Source: Eubacteriales bacterium (GTDB lineage Bacteria > Bacillota > Clostridia > Oscillospirales > CAG-272). From it: 64,000 bases of DNA. Shown piece by piece: positions 1 to 8,553 of the stretch (position 1 is the first letter of the stretch; each line of letters opens with the position of its first letter). The position numbers were made by a program, and so were the translations under genes. The stretch is taken from NCBI GenBank assembly GCA_051867925.1, contig JBJDZI010000116.1, positions 6,844-70,843 of the forward strand, in the 5' to 3' direction. The notes under the pieces were generated by a model. The model did not search any database and was not told the DNA's origin. It saw only the letters and a program-made list of their open reading frames with translations.

Positions 1-653
1 CCACCGCAGGCTCGGTCAACCGCATTTACGATCTGCTGGCAAAACACAACGTCAGCATCGTCCGCTCGGTACGGGTGAAGGTGGATCACAATCTGCTGGC
101 ACTCCCCGGCGCAAAGCTGGAGGACATTCGGGAGATCTTTTCCCACGAGCAGGCACTCCAACAATGCAGTGATCTGCTGGCATCCCTGCAAAATGTCCAC
201 GCCACCGCCTGTCTCAACACCGCCGCGGCGGCGAAAATGGTGGCGGAGAGCGGCGACCTGACCAAAGCCGCGCTGTCCAGCCGCCTTTGCGCACGGCTGT
301 ACGGTCTGCAACCGCTGATTGCGGGCGCGCAGAACAACGATTCCAACTACACCCGCTTCATCTGCATCGCCAAAGAACCCGAGATCTATGCGGGCGCCGA
401 CCGCACCAGCCTGATGCTGGAACTTTCCAACGAGCCGGGTTCGCTGTTCCGCATCCTCTCTCTGCTGAACGCCATCGGCGCCAATCTGACCAAGCTGGAG
501 AGCCGTCCCATCCCCGGGCGGGATTTCGATGTGATGTTCTACTTCGACATCGAAGAATCGGTACACTCGCCTGAATTTTCGCGTATGCTCTGCCAACTGG
601 AGCGCGCCTGCGACAAATTCCGCTATTTGGGCACTTATGCAGAAATAATTTGA
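1..653 (+). CDS. pheA: prephenate dehydratase, C-terminal part (5' end outside window)
   Basis: The frame of ORF 75..653 stays open back to nt 3. It carries a PDT region plus an ACT domain signature (NYTRFICI; LTKLESRPIPGRDFDVMFYFDI). Confidence 0.85.
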   Translation, partial: TAGSVNRIYDLLAKHNVSIVRSVRVKVDHNLLALPGAKLEDIREIFSHEQALQQCSDLLASLQNVHATACLNTAAAAKMVAESGDLTKAALSSRLCARLYGLQPLIAGAQNNDSNYTRFICIAKEPEIYAGADRTSLMLELSNEPGSLFRILSLLNAIGANLTKLESRPIPGRDFDVMFYFDIEESVHSPEFSRMLCQLERACDKFRYLGTYAEII

Positions 654-701
654 GGCTTCGCCTCGGAGCCGGGCGTAGCCCTGCTCCTCCCTACCCGCTT
701 T

Positions 702-870
702 CTTGAAAGAAAGCGGGGCAAAGAACTTTTTGGGAAAGGACAGGACGAACATTTTATCATACGTGTTCGACTATCCCCGAAAGCATCCGAACGTTTGCGC
801 AACAAGTAATGTGAATTTCTTGAGAGAAAACGGGGCTAAGAACTTTTGGAGAAAAGCAGGACGAGCATTT
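702..870 (+). repeat. imperfect ~52-nt direct repeat (units 702-755 and 819-870)
   Basis: Unit 1 is CTTGAAAGAAAGCGGGGCAAAGAACTTTTTGGGAAAGGACAGGACGAACATTT. Unit 2 is CTTGAGAGAAAACGGGGCTAAGAACTTTTGGAGAAAAGCAGGACGAGCATTT. Confidence 0.8.
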
Positions 871-911
871 CCCAATAGTATTCGCTAATATCCCCCTACA
901 AGGAGAAAAAC

Positions 912-2180
912 ATGACCTACGGACTATTGGGCGAAAAGCTGGGGCACAGCTTTTCGCCGCAAATTCACCGCGATCTGGGCAATCCCGACTACACGCTGAT
1001 CGAACTCCCCCGAGAGAACGTGACGGAGTTTTTCCGAAACCGAGCATTTTCCGCTATCAATGTCACGATCCCCTACAAAAAGGATGCGCTGGCAGCTTGC
1101 GATCGGGTCTCCCCCCGGGCTGCTGCCATCGGCAGCGTCAACACCGTCGTCAAGCAGGCGGACGGCTCCATATGGGGCTATAACACCGACGCTTACGGCT
1201 TCGAATATATGCTGAAAAAGGGCAGGATCGATCCCCGCGGCGAGAAATGTCTGGTTTTGGGGAGCGGCGGCTCGTCGGTAATGGCGCAGTATGTCCTCCG
1301 ACAACTGGGCGCGAGGGAAGTGATCGTCATCTCCCGTAGCGGCGAGAACCATTACGGCAATCTCTATCTTCACGCCGATGCAGGCGTCATCGTCAACACC
1401 ACACCCATGGGAATGTATCCGAACAACGGAGTCGCGGCAGTGAGTCTTTCCGATTTTCCCGCGCTCAAAGGGGTAGCCGACATCATCTACAACCCCGCGC
1501 TGACGAGGCTCCTGCTGGACGCGGAGCGGCTGAATATCCCCCACGTGGGCGGGCTGTCCATGCTGGTAGCCCAGGCGAAACTGGCGCATCTGCTCTTCTT
1601 CGGTAAGACCGACAGCGACGAGATCGCCGCAAACTTCCCCGATGCCGACATTGATGCCATCACCGACGCCATCCGTCGGGAAACCATGAACATTCTGCTG
1701 ATCGGAATGCCTTCCTGCGGAAAATCCACCGTGGGACGCATCCTCGCAGAGCGGACCCATCGCCCCCTCATTGACACCGACGCGCTGATCGTGGAGCGTG
1801 CCGGCAGACCCATCCCCGACATCTTCGCAAGCGAGGGCGAGGAGACATTCCGCGCGCTGGAAACGGCGGTGGCTGTCGACGTATGCAAAGGATCGGGACA
1901 GATCATCGCCACGGGCGGCGGCATCGTCACCAGAGCGCGCAACCACGATCTGCTCCGTCAGAACAGTCTGGTAATCTTCATCAATCGCCCTTTGGAAGAG
2001 CTGGTCACCGACGGACGCCCCCTTTCTCAGCAAACTCGGCTATCCGATCTGCTGGATGCGCGGCTTCCCCTCTATCGCAAACTCTGCGACAGAGAGATCG
2101 CGTTCCGCTCCTCGCCTCAAGTCGCCGACGAAATTCTGACCATTATCGAAGAAAAATCCAACACTTCGGAGGAAATATGA
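912..2180 (+). CDS. aroE: bifunctional shikimate dehydrogenase / shikimate kinase (AroE-AroK fusion)
   Basis: The N-terminal ~270 aa are AroE-like (LLGEKLGHSFSPQIH, NVTIPYK, LGSGGSS). The C-terminal ~150 aa are shikimate kinase (MNILLIGMPSCGKSTVGR Walker A, IATGGG). An AAGGAG sits before ATG 912. Confidence 0.85.
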   Translation: MTYGLLGEKLGHSFSPQIHRDLGNPDYTLIELPRENVTEFFRNRAFSAINVTIPYKKDALAACDRVSPRAAAIGSVNTVVKQADGSIWGYNTDAYGFEYMLKKGRIDPRGEKCLVLGSGGSSVMAQYVLRQLGAREVIVISRSGENHYGNLYLHADAGVIVNTTPMGMYPNNGVAAVSLSDFPALKGVADIIYNPALTRLLLDAERLNIPHVGGLSMLVAQAKLAHLLFFGKTDSDEIAANFPDADIDAITDAIRRETMNILLIGMPSCGKSTVGRILAERTHRPLIDTDALIVERAGRPIPDIFASEGEETFRALETAVAVDVCKGSGQIIATGGGIVTRARNHDLLRQNSLVIFINRPLEELVTDGRPLSQQTRLSDLLDARLPLYRKLCDREIAFRSSPQVADEILTIIEEKSNTSEEI

Positions 2181-2617
2181 AACTACTGATTATCAATGGT
2201 CCCAATTTGAACCTTTTGGGACTGCGCGAGCCTACCATCTACGGCTCTCAGAACTATGCGACCCTTTGCGACAGCCTGCAAATCTGGGCATCCGAACTGG
2301 GACACGAGATCGAGATCTTCCAGTCCAATCACGAGGGCGTCATCGTGGACAAGATCCAGTCTGCCTACGGCAAATTCGAGGGTATCGTCATCAATCCCGC
2401 CGCCTACACTCACACCAGCGTAGCCATTCTCGATGCGCTGAAGGCGGTTGCCATCCCCACCGTGGAAGTCCACTTGTCCGACATTTCTCAGCGCGAAGCC
2501 TTCAGACAATTCTCCTATGTTTCCTTAGTCGCCAAAAAGACCGTCTGCGGCAAGGGATTCGAGGGCTATCACGAAGCAATGGCGTGGTTCACCTCCGACG
2601 AGACAAACTCTCTTTGA
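2177..2617 (+). CDS. aroQ: type II 3-dehydroquinate dehydratase
   Basis: MKLLIINGPNLNLLGLREPTIYG and NPAAYTHTSVA motifs. ATG 2177 overlaps the aroE-aroK stop (ATGA). The upstream part of ORF 1883..2617 overlaps aroK out of frame and is not used. Confidence 0.9.
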   Translation: MKLLIINGPNLNLLGLREPTIYGSQNYATLCDSLQIWASELGHEIEIFQSNHEGVIVDKIQSAYGKFEGIVINPAAYTHTSVAILDALKAVAIPTVEVHLSDISQREAFRQFSYVSLVAKKTVCGKGFEGYHEAMAWFTSDETNSL

Positions 2618-2691
2618 TCAAAGGGGAACTCCCCATTCGCATCTCCGGGGCTGTCGCATCCCCCTGCGCGAATACAACTGATATTCCGCTC

Positions 2692-2815
2692 CCAAGGCGA
2701 ACCGACAGAGTGTTTCTTCGTTCTAATCCTTCGTTTCTGAGAGGAGTGTAGCAACCGCTTTGCGGTTGCTACACTCCTCATCCGACTCTCTACCCCATTC
2801 CGCGGCTCGGCGGCA
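2692..2815 (+). repeat. modular intergenic repeat, copy A (complete, 18-bp perfect palindrome core)
   Basis: CCAAGGCGAACCGACAGAGTGTTT...CTTCGTTTCTGA-GAGGAGTGTAGCAACCGC-TTT-GCGGTTGCTACACTCCTC-ATCCGACTCTCTACCCCATTCCGCGGCTCGGCGGCA. Homologous to 33221-33337, 32662-32873 and 16836-16970. Confidence 0.85.
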
Positions 2816-3078
2816 ATTCTCCGAGGCACTTTTTAAGCAGTCTGAGTGGTTTGTCGCAAATTCGGAAACAATTCCTATCAAACCCAATAACCACAACAAA
2901 AAACACTTGCGCGCATTTGTTGCGACAGGTGTTTTTTGTTTAATTTTGGCAATGAATCATTCTCAAAAACCAATTTGTGACAGCCACTTTTTGGGAAACG
3001 CTCGCCCGCTTCATGGGTGTGTAGGGAAATTTCTTTCCCCCCCTTTTTGCCGGAACTATTTTATCCCTTCCCCTGCAT

Positions 3079-3111
3079 AAGACATATTTCCCGCTTCCTC
3101 CCGCGTATAAT
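3079..3111 (+). promoter_or_regulatory. candidate promoter of spoIIGA-sigE (TATAAT with long spacer)
   Basis: TATAAT at 3106-3111, 31 nt before ATG 3142, which has a GCAGGAGG RBS. The only -35-like hexamer (AAGACA, 3079-3084) lies 21 nt upstream. Confidence 0.3.
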
Positions 3112-3141
3112 GGAGTCAGTGATACTGCAGGAGGAACAAGA

Positions 3142-3984
3142 ATGGATCAGGTCGTGTACGGAGATGTTTATCTGGCAATCAATTTCACCATGGACTGGCT
3201 GGCACTCTATCTCACCGCCAAGGCGGTCAAACTGCCCATCCGCCCGCTTCGGATCAGCATCGCCGCCGCACTGGGAGCGGGCTACGCGCTGGTCTCCCTT
3301 TTACTCCCCGACGGCAACCTCCTCTCCGCCCTCACCGCGCTGGCATTTCCCTTTTTGCTGATCCTTGCCGCCTTCGGCTTCCGAAACGGCTGGCGGGAGA
3401 TGCTCCGTCCGCTCGCCGCCTTTTGGGCAATCTCCCTCCTGCTGGGCGGAGCCGCCACCGCCGTCAGTTATCTGGTGGCACAATGGGCAGGGCGGGAGGC
3501 GGTCATCGGCGGGCAGGTGGAGACGCTCCCCGCCGACCTTCCCTTTTGGGGACTGCTCCTTTTGGCATTGGTGATAGCCGCGGTAGTCAGCCTACTGCTT
3601 CGGGCGCGCAAAAAACTCCCCCAAACCGTCACGCTGGAGGTGGGGGAGAGCCTTGATGCGCTGGTTTCGCTGAACGGGCTGGTGGACAGCGGCAATCTGC
3701 TGTCCGAACCCCTGTCGGGGCAGGCGGTGATTTTGGTGGATCGCTCCGCCGCTGCCTTTTTGCCTGCGGAACTTGCCTTTCTTCGAAACGGCGGGACACC
3801 CGCGCTGACCCCGCGGCTTCGTCTGATCCCCTACTCCACCGCAGCGGGGGAAGGCATCCTCTATGGCTATCTTCCCAAAGTGGTGCGCGTGGACGGAAAA
3901 GCCCGCGCCGCCTGCGTTGCCGTAGCGCCCCTGCCCGAAGGGGAGCAAAAGGTGGATGCCGTCGTTCCTGCATCGCTGGTCTGA
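3142..3984 (+). CDS. spoIIGA: sporulation sigma-E processing aspartic protease SpoIIGA
   Basis: Polytopic N-terminal half followed by a C-terminal domain with the LVDSGN catalytic motif. The gene lies immediately upstream of pro-sigma-E. Confidence 0.8.
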   Translation: MDQVVYGDVYLAINFTMDWLALYLTAKAVKLPIRPLRISIAAALGAGYALVSLLLPDGNLLSALTALAFPFLLILAAFGFRNGWREMLRPLAAFWAISLLLGGAATAVSYLVAQWAGREAVIGGQVETLPADLPFWGLLLLALVIAAVVSLLLRARKKLPQTVTLEVGESLDALVSLNGLVDSGNLLSEPLSGQAVILVDRSAAAFLPAELAFLRNGGTPALTPRLRLIPYSTAAGEGILYGYLPKVVRVDGKARAACVAVAPLPEGEQKVDAVVPASLV

Positions 3985-4014
3985 TCCCGATTTTCCAAAT
4001 TGAGGTGTACATAG

Positions 4015-4743
4015 ATGCTCACAAAGTTGATTTCCCGCCTTTTAGCCGAGATTTTCCCCCTTTTTTTCGGCAAACACCTGCATAAAATTGCGCAGAAGAG
4101 CCAATTTTTTTACATCGGCGGAACCGAAAGCCTCCCCCGCCCTCTCTCGCCAGAAGAAGAGGCCGTGCTGATCAAGCGGCTCCCCGACTCTCCCGAGGCT
4201 CGCTCCCAACTCATTGAGCGAAACCTGCGGCTGGTGGTGTTCATCGCCAAAAAGTTTGAGAACACAGGGGTGGGGATCGAAGATCTGATCTCCATCGGTA
4301 CCATCGGGCTAATCAAGGCGGTGAACACCTTCCGCACCGATCGGCAGATCAAACTGGCGACCTACGCCTCCCGTTGCATCGAAAACGAAATTCTGATGTA
4401 TCTGCGTAAGACATCGGGGCAAAAAGAACTGTCCATTGACGAGCCGCTCCACATTGATTGGGACGGCAACGAACTGCTTCTTTCCGACGTACTTTCCGAC
4501 GAGGAAGACTCGGTCAGCCGCGCCATCGAAAGCGAAGAGGATCGCCACACCGTCTACGTTGCCCTGTCTCACCTCTCGCCCAGAGAGCGGGAGATCATCG
4601 AACTGCGCTTCGGTCTACGGGGCGGGCGGGAGCTGACCCAGAAGGAGGTCGCCACGCGGCTGGGAATCTCCCAATCCTACATTTCGCGGCTGGAAAAGAA
4701 GATCATCGCCAGACTGCGAACGGAAATCGAGGGGAAGGTGTGA
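4015..4743 (+). CDS. sigE: RNA polymerase sporulation sigma factor SigE (pro-sigma-E)
   Basis: Pro-sequence followed by [17 protein letters not shown]. Sigma-70 regions 2 and 4 are present ([14 protein letters not shown]; [21 protein letters not shown]). Position after spoIIGA supports the call. Confidence 0.88.
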   Translation: MLTKLISRLLAEIFPLFFGKHLHKIAQKSQFFYIGGTESLPRPLSPEEEAVLIKRLPDSPEARSQLIERNLRLVVFIAKKFENTGVGIEDLISIGTIGLIKAVNTFRTDRQIKLATYASRCIENEILMYLRKTSGQKELSIDEPLHIDWDGNELLLSDVLSDEEDSVSRAIESEEDRHTVYVALSHLSPREREIIELRFGLRGGRELTQKEVATRLGISQSYISRLEKKIIARLRTEIEGKV

Positions 4744-5053
4744 TGATTTAACTCAAACGCGCCTGCGCCTGACCCATTGTCAAAACCACGCGGATTTATC
4801 CAGGTCAGACGTTTGTCTGACCTTCCCTGTTATTGTATGCTTAGTACGACGAGTGATTGGCAGATAAAAAATGCTTCCCTTTTCCATGATGTTCTTAACG
4901 AAGAATTGGTGGGCGGTATGTAACCGGAAGGTATTTTTCCTTCCGGCGTTTTGAGTCCGTGCGCCCGTCAGAGCGGATATACCGAAAACGAACGGCATTT
5001 CAACTCCACAGCTCACCGACAGCAATCTTCATCCGCTATTATGCGGTGTTGCC

Positions 5054-5767
5054 TTAATTTGAATTTTGACTTTGTGTTTGTTTGATTTTTCTAATCATTG
5101 TGGTTGATTTCACAATTATAGATACACCGTTGGCTACGATCAGACCGCACACGATAAATCCAGTAAGCGCATTACCAAACGGAATGTTTACATGATGGCT
5201 GAATGTGTCCAGCGCAATTGCTTGCAGAGAGATAAGGGATACAAGTGCCGTTGTCAAATTGATACACCGAAGGGAACGAACGGCATAACTGTCGCTGCTT
5301 TGAACCTTGATATAATTTACTATGGAAATCACTATTTGGTACAGCGTAAATCCCGCAACGGTGTATATGACATATATTTCATAGTCAAACACCTTGTCGG
5401 CTCGCACAATGTGCATAATCATCGCTGATAGGCATAGCGTTAATGATATAAACACGATACCGCAAAATCTATACCGTTTTATTTCAAGAAGTATCTTTTC
5501 TTCTTCCGATTTTGTGCTTGTCTTTCTGCCTTTATAATATGCAAACAACACATATCCCCGCAGGACAACAAGCATTATATGATAAAGTGCCATCGCACCG
5601 CACCATAGTGAATCGGTCAATCCATATACGACAATATTGAAGATGGCGTAGGCGACATTGCCAACGAACGAGAATGCCGAAAATACGACTGTGCGAAAAT
5701 CGTAGCTTTCGATCAGCAAATCCGCAATTTCATTTTTATGTATCAGTTTACACAAGCACTTGATCAT
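5054..5767 (-). CDS. hypothetical polytopic membrane protein (AT-rich orphan gene)
   Basis: 237-aa ORF with about 6 hydrophobic segments. Its composition is visibly AT-rich against GC-rich flanks. I recognise no family. Confidence 0.55.
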   Translation of the reverse strand: MIKCLCKLIHKNEIADLLIESYDFRTVVFSAFSFVGNVAYAIFNIVVYGLTDSLWCGAMALYHIMLVVLRGYVLFAYYKGRKTSTKSEEEKILLEIKRYRFCGIVFISLTLCLSAMIMHIVRADKVFDYEIYVIYTVAGFTLYQIVISIVNYIKVQSSDSYAVRSLRCINLTTALVSLISLQAIALDTFSHHVNIPFGNALTGFIVCGLIVANGVSIIVKSTTMIRKIKQTQSQNSN

Positions 5768-5951
5768 ATGCTATCCTCCCCATATGCTTAATTATATGGG
5801 ATAATAGTTAAAATAATTTGAAATATCAAGTCCATAAAAACAATTCGGGCGGCAAGAATTTGCCGCCCTTTTCCAAAAAGTTCTTACCCCGCTTTCTTGG
5901 GGGAAAGCGGGTAGGGTGTGGGGTGAAACCCCACATTCAGATAAATTTTTC

Positions 5952-6857
5952 CTATACTTCGCTTCCCAGGAGGGACTCGATTGCTTCTCGGGTGGCAAGC
6001 CCTGCCGAGCCGGCGGTAGCACTGCCGCAGGCGGTACCAAGACGAAGGGCGTACTCGTAGCCCCGATCCACGCCGGCAAGGAATCCCGCCACCATGGAGT
6101 CGCCCGCGCCCACGGTGTAGACCGCCTTGCTGCACATGGCAGGGGCGCGGTGAACGGCTCCGTCCTCGTCCACCAAGAGCGCGCCGTCACCGCCCAGCGA
6201 AACCAAAACGTTCCGCGCACCTTTGTCCTGCAGTTGCCGCGCCGCTTCTTCGATGGCGGCATCGTCGGGGAGCGACCTGCCCACCACTTCCTCCAATTCC
6301 ACGCGGTTGGGCTTGATCAGGAACGGGCGGTACGCCAGCACATTCAGCAGAAGATCGCCCGTGGCATCTACCACAGTCCGCACACCGTGCCCCGAAATCC
6401 GCTCCAGGATCTGCCTGTAAATATCGCGGGGGAGCGAATCGGGCACGCTACCCGCCAACACAAGGGTGTCGCCATCGGCAAGGCGGGAAATCTTGCGATA
6501 GAAGGTCTCCATGGCTTCGCAGTCAATGACGGGACCGCGTGCGTTCACCTCGGTAATGACACCGTCGCTTCCCCACAACTTCACGTTGATGCGGGTGTTG
6601 CCCTCCTTCAGCGGGATCAGATCGCTGTCCACCCCCTCCTGCCGTACCATCTCGATGAGCGCATCTCCCATAAATCCCGCCACAAAGCCCATGGCAACGG
6701 TAGATACCCCCAATCGGGAGAGGATCACCGACACATTGATGCCCTTGCCGCCGTAGAGCATCTCTTCCCCCATCGTGCGGTTCACCTCCCCTTTTTCCAA
6801 AGGCGGAGTGCGGAGGATATAGTCAACGGAAGGATTCAGCGTTACGGTATAGATCAT
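5952..6857 (-). CDS. fruK: 1-phosphofructokinase / PfkB-family sugar-phosphate kinase
   Basis: MIYTVTLNPSVDY, GGKGINVS and C-terminal GAGDSMVAGF motifs typical of FruK/LacC-type PfkB kinases. Confidence 0.75.
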   Translation of the reverse strand: MIYTVTLNPSVDYILRTPPLEKGEVNRTMGEEMLYGGKGINVSVILSRLGVSTVAMGFVAGFMGDALIEMVRQEGVDSDLIPLKEGNTRINVKLWGSDGVITEVNARGPVIDCEAMETFYRKISRLADGDTLVLAGSVPDSLPRDIYRQILERISGHGVRTVVDATGDLLLNVLAYRPFLIKPNRVELEEVVGRSLPDDAAIEEAARQLQDKGARNVLVSLGGDGALLVDEDGAVHRAPAMCSKAVYTVGAGDSMVAGFLAGVDRGYEYALRLGTACGSATAGSAGLATREAIESLLGSEV

Positions 6858-6956
6858 ACAAGTCTCCTGTGCAAAATATTTCTGCTTCTATTATTGCCGA
6901 CTTTTTGCAAAATGTCAAGCGGTCGGATAAAAAAATACGCCGCATCACGGCGGGGA

Positions 6957-6985
6957 TTGACAAACGCACCCCAAAGCGGTATAAT
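6957..6985 (+). promoter_or_regulatory. sigma-70-type promoter for the LUD-domain gene
   Basis: TTGACA (6957-6962), 17-nt spacer, TATAAT (6980-6985). It lies 31 nt upstream of ATG 7017, which has a GGAGG RBS. Confidence 0.5.
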
Positions 6986-7016
6986 GAGATCAAATTCCAC
7001 CCATTGGAGGACAATC

Positions 7017-7622
7017 ATGGATTTCACGCAAATTACCGAAAATCTGATCAGGCGAGGCTACAAAGTCGCCTGCTTTCCTACCGTAGCAGAGGCTACCGCT
7101 TATCTGGACGCCGCCATCGACGGCAAAACCGTGGAAATGGGCGGCTCGGTCACGCTGGATCAGATGGGGATCTACGAAAAACTGGCTCTGCACAACTCGG
7201 TTTTCTGGCATTGGCGCATTCCCGAGGGCAAAACCGAGTGGGATCAGCGGGTCTCCGCCAACACGGCGCAGGTCTATCTCTCCTCGGTGAACGGCATCGC
7301 AGAGACGGGGGAGATCGTCAACATCGACGGCACCTGCAATCGGGTAGCGGCGATCCTGTACGGTCACGAAAAGGTGTATCTGGTGGCGGGCGTCAACAAA
7401 ATCGCTCCTGACTACGCCGGCGCGCTCCATCGAGCCCGCAATATCGCCTCGCCGCTGAACGCAAAGAGGCTGGGCGTTCACACCCCCTGCGCGACAAAGG
7501 GCGATCGGTGCTACGATTGCAGTGCCCCTCAGCGCATCTGTCGCGCCCTGTCGGTGCTATGGGAAAAGCCCCTTGGCGCAGACATCGAAGTGGTGCTGGT
7601 AGGGGAAGAGTTGGGATATTGA
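7017..7622 (+). CDS. LUD-domain (LutC/YkgG-like) protein
   Basis: SSVNGIAETGEIVNIDGTCNRV and a C-terminal Cys-rich tail. ATG 7017 has a GGAGG RBS. The upstream 367 codons of ORF 5916..7622 are antisense to fruK and are not used. Confidence 0.7.
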   Translation: MDFTQITENLIRRGYKVACFPTVAEATAYLDAAIDGKTVEMGGSVTLDQMGIYEKLALHNSVFWHWRIPEGKTEWDQRVSANTAQVYLSSVNGIAETGEIVNIDGTCNRVAAILYGHEKVYLVAGVNKIAPDYAGALHRARNIASPLNAKRLGVHTPCATKGDRCYDCSAPQRICRALSVLWEKPLGADIEVVLVGEELGY

Positions 7623-7659
7623 AAAATCGGGAGACCGACGGACGGTCTCCCGATTTTTT
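7622..7659. terminator. bidirectional rho-independent terminator
   Basis: AAAAA-TCGGGAGACCG-ACGGA-CGGTCTCCCGA-TTTTTT. The stem is a perfect 11 bp flanked by an A tract and a T tract, between convergent genes. Confidence 0.85.
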
Positions 7660-7740
7660 CATATTTTGTTGTCAATAAAGACTGTTCTCTATGCCAATAC
7701 AAGTGATAGCTGCAAATACAGTATTCAATTTTTCAGAGCG

Positions 7741-8535
7741 TCAAGCAGATGGATGACGCAAACGGTGTCTCAAGAGCTGAATGACGGTAATTGTAAACAG
7801 AATCAGACTGATCCACTGAGATGTGGACAGCCCTAACCAAAATCCCCGAACCGCATCTCCTCGCAAAAATTCCAGGAAAAACCGAACGGGTGGATAGAGA
7901 AGCAGATAGCAATAGATCAACCGATTTGCGTGCCTTCCTCCCTTAAACAGTATCAGCAGAATCAAAAACAAAATCAGATTGCATCCCGCTTCCGCAAGCT
8001 GTACCGGGAATCGGCGGACACCGTTTAATTCGGGGACAAGCGTATTATTGGTTACCGTAAAGCCGATACTGCTTTCGATACCGTAGCAACATCCGCCGAG
8101 AAAACAACCGATTCTCCCGAAAGTATGAAACAGCGGCGTGGTGACGGCATACAGATCTATCAGCTGTCCGCGGAATTCCCAAGAGGAAAATCGGGCAAAG
8201 ATCAAAAGACCCACAAGTCCGCCCAAAAATCCGCCGTAAAACACCATACCGCCAAATGCAGAGGCAAGGATGCTCCCAACGTCCTGAAAGGTCAGCGTAT
8301 CCAACGTTCGGAAACAAGCGATCAAATCGTTTAGATTCGTAATTGCATACAATAGATGCCCACCGAAAAACAATCCCACAGCGGCGGCAACCATGGCAAG
8401 AATCCCGTCTTCAATCTCCAGTCCGACCTTTTTCCCCAGTCGGGCAACGACTATACAGCACACAGCCAGTCCCAACATAGATAAAATGGCATAGGAGCCG
8501 ATCACCCTGCCGAAAAATGTAAAATAGGGAAACAT
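7741..8535 (-). CDS. lgt: prolipoprotein diacylglyceryl transferase
   Basis: Polytopic protein with the Lgt signature GRIGCFLGGCCYG and a typical N-terminus. Confidence 0.9.
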   Translation of the reverse strand: MFPYFTFFGRVIGSYAILSMLGLAVCCIVVARLGKKVGLEIEDGILAMVAAAVGLFFGGHLLYAITNLNDLIACFRTLDTLTFQDVGSILASAFGGMVFYGGFLGGLVGLLIFARFSSWEFRGQLIDLYAVTTPLFHTFGRIGCFLGGCCYGIESSIGFTVTNNTLVPELNGVRRFPVQLAEAGCNLILFLILLILFKGGRHANRLIYCYLLLYPPVRFFLEFLRGDAVRGFWLGLSTSQWISLILFTITVIQLLRHRLRHPSA

Positions 8536-8553
8536 ATTATCAAAAGCCTTCTG

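Noticed and set aside
2569-3080. Short ORFs inside repeat islands: 2569..2829, 2760..3080, 703..888, 16761..17099, 32630..33483 and 38925..39299
   Set aside because: Their peptide similarity (for example VATAKRLLHSSQKRR... and GAKNF...) comes from translating the intergenic DNA repeats in either orientation. They have no RBS and no consistent frame between copies, and palindromes run through them.
4837-4923. A 28-aa ORF followed by a good terminator hairpin (4924-4950) downstream of sigE
   Set aside because: It has no SD sequence and no recognisable peptide features. The terminator may belong to a small RNA or be a relic, and the evidence is not enough to annotate a gene.
5916-7016. The upstream 367 codons of ORF 5916..7622, which would make a 568-aa protein
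   Set aside because: This part is antisense to fruK and then crosses the promoter (TTGACA-17-TATAAT) of the LUD-domain gene. Recognisable LUD sequence, with its own RBS, starts only at ATG 7017.
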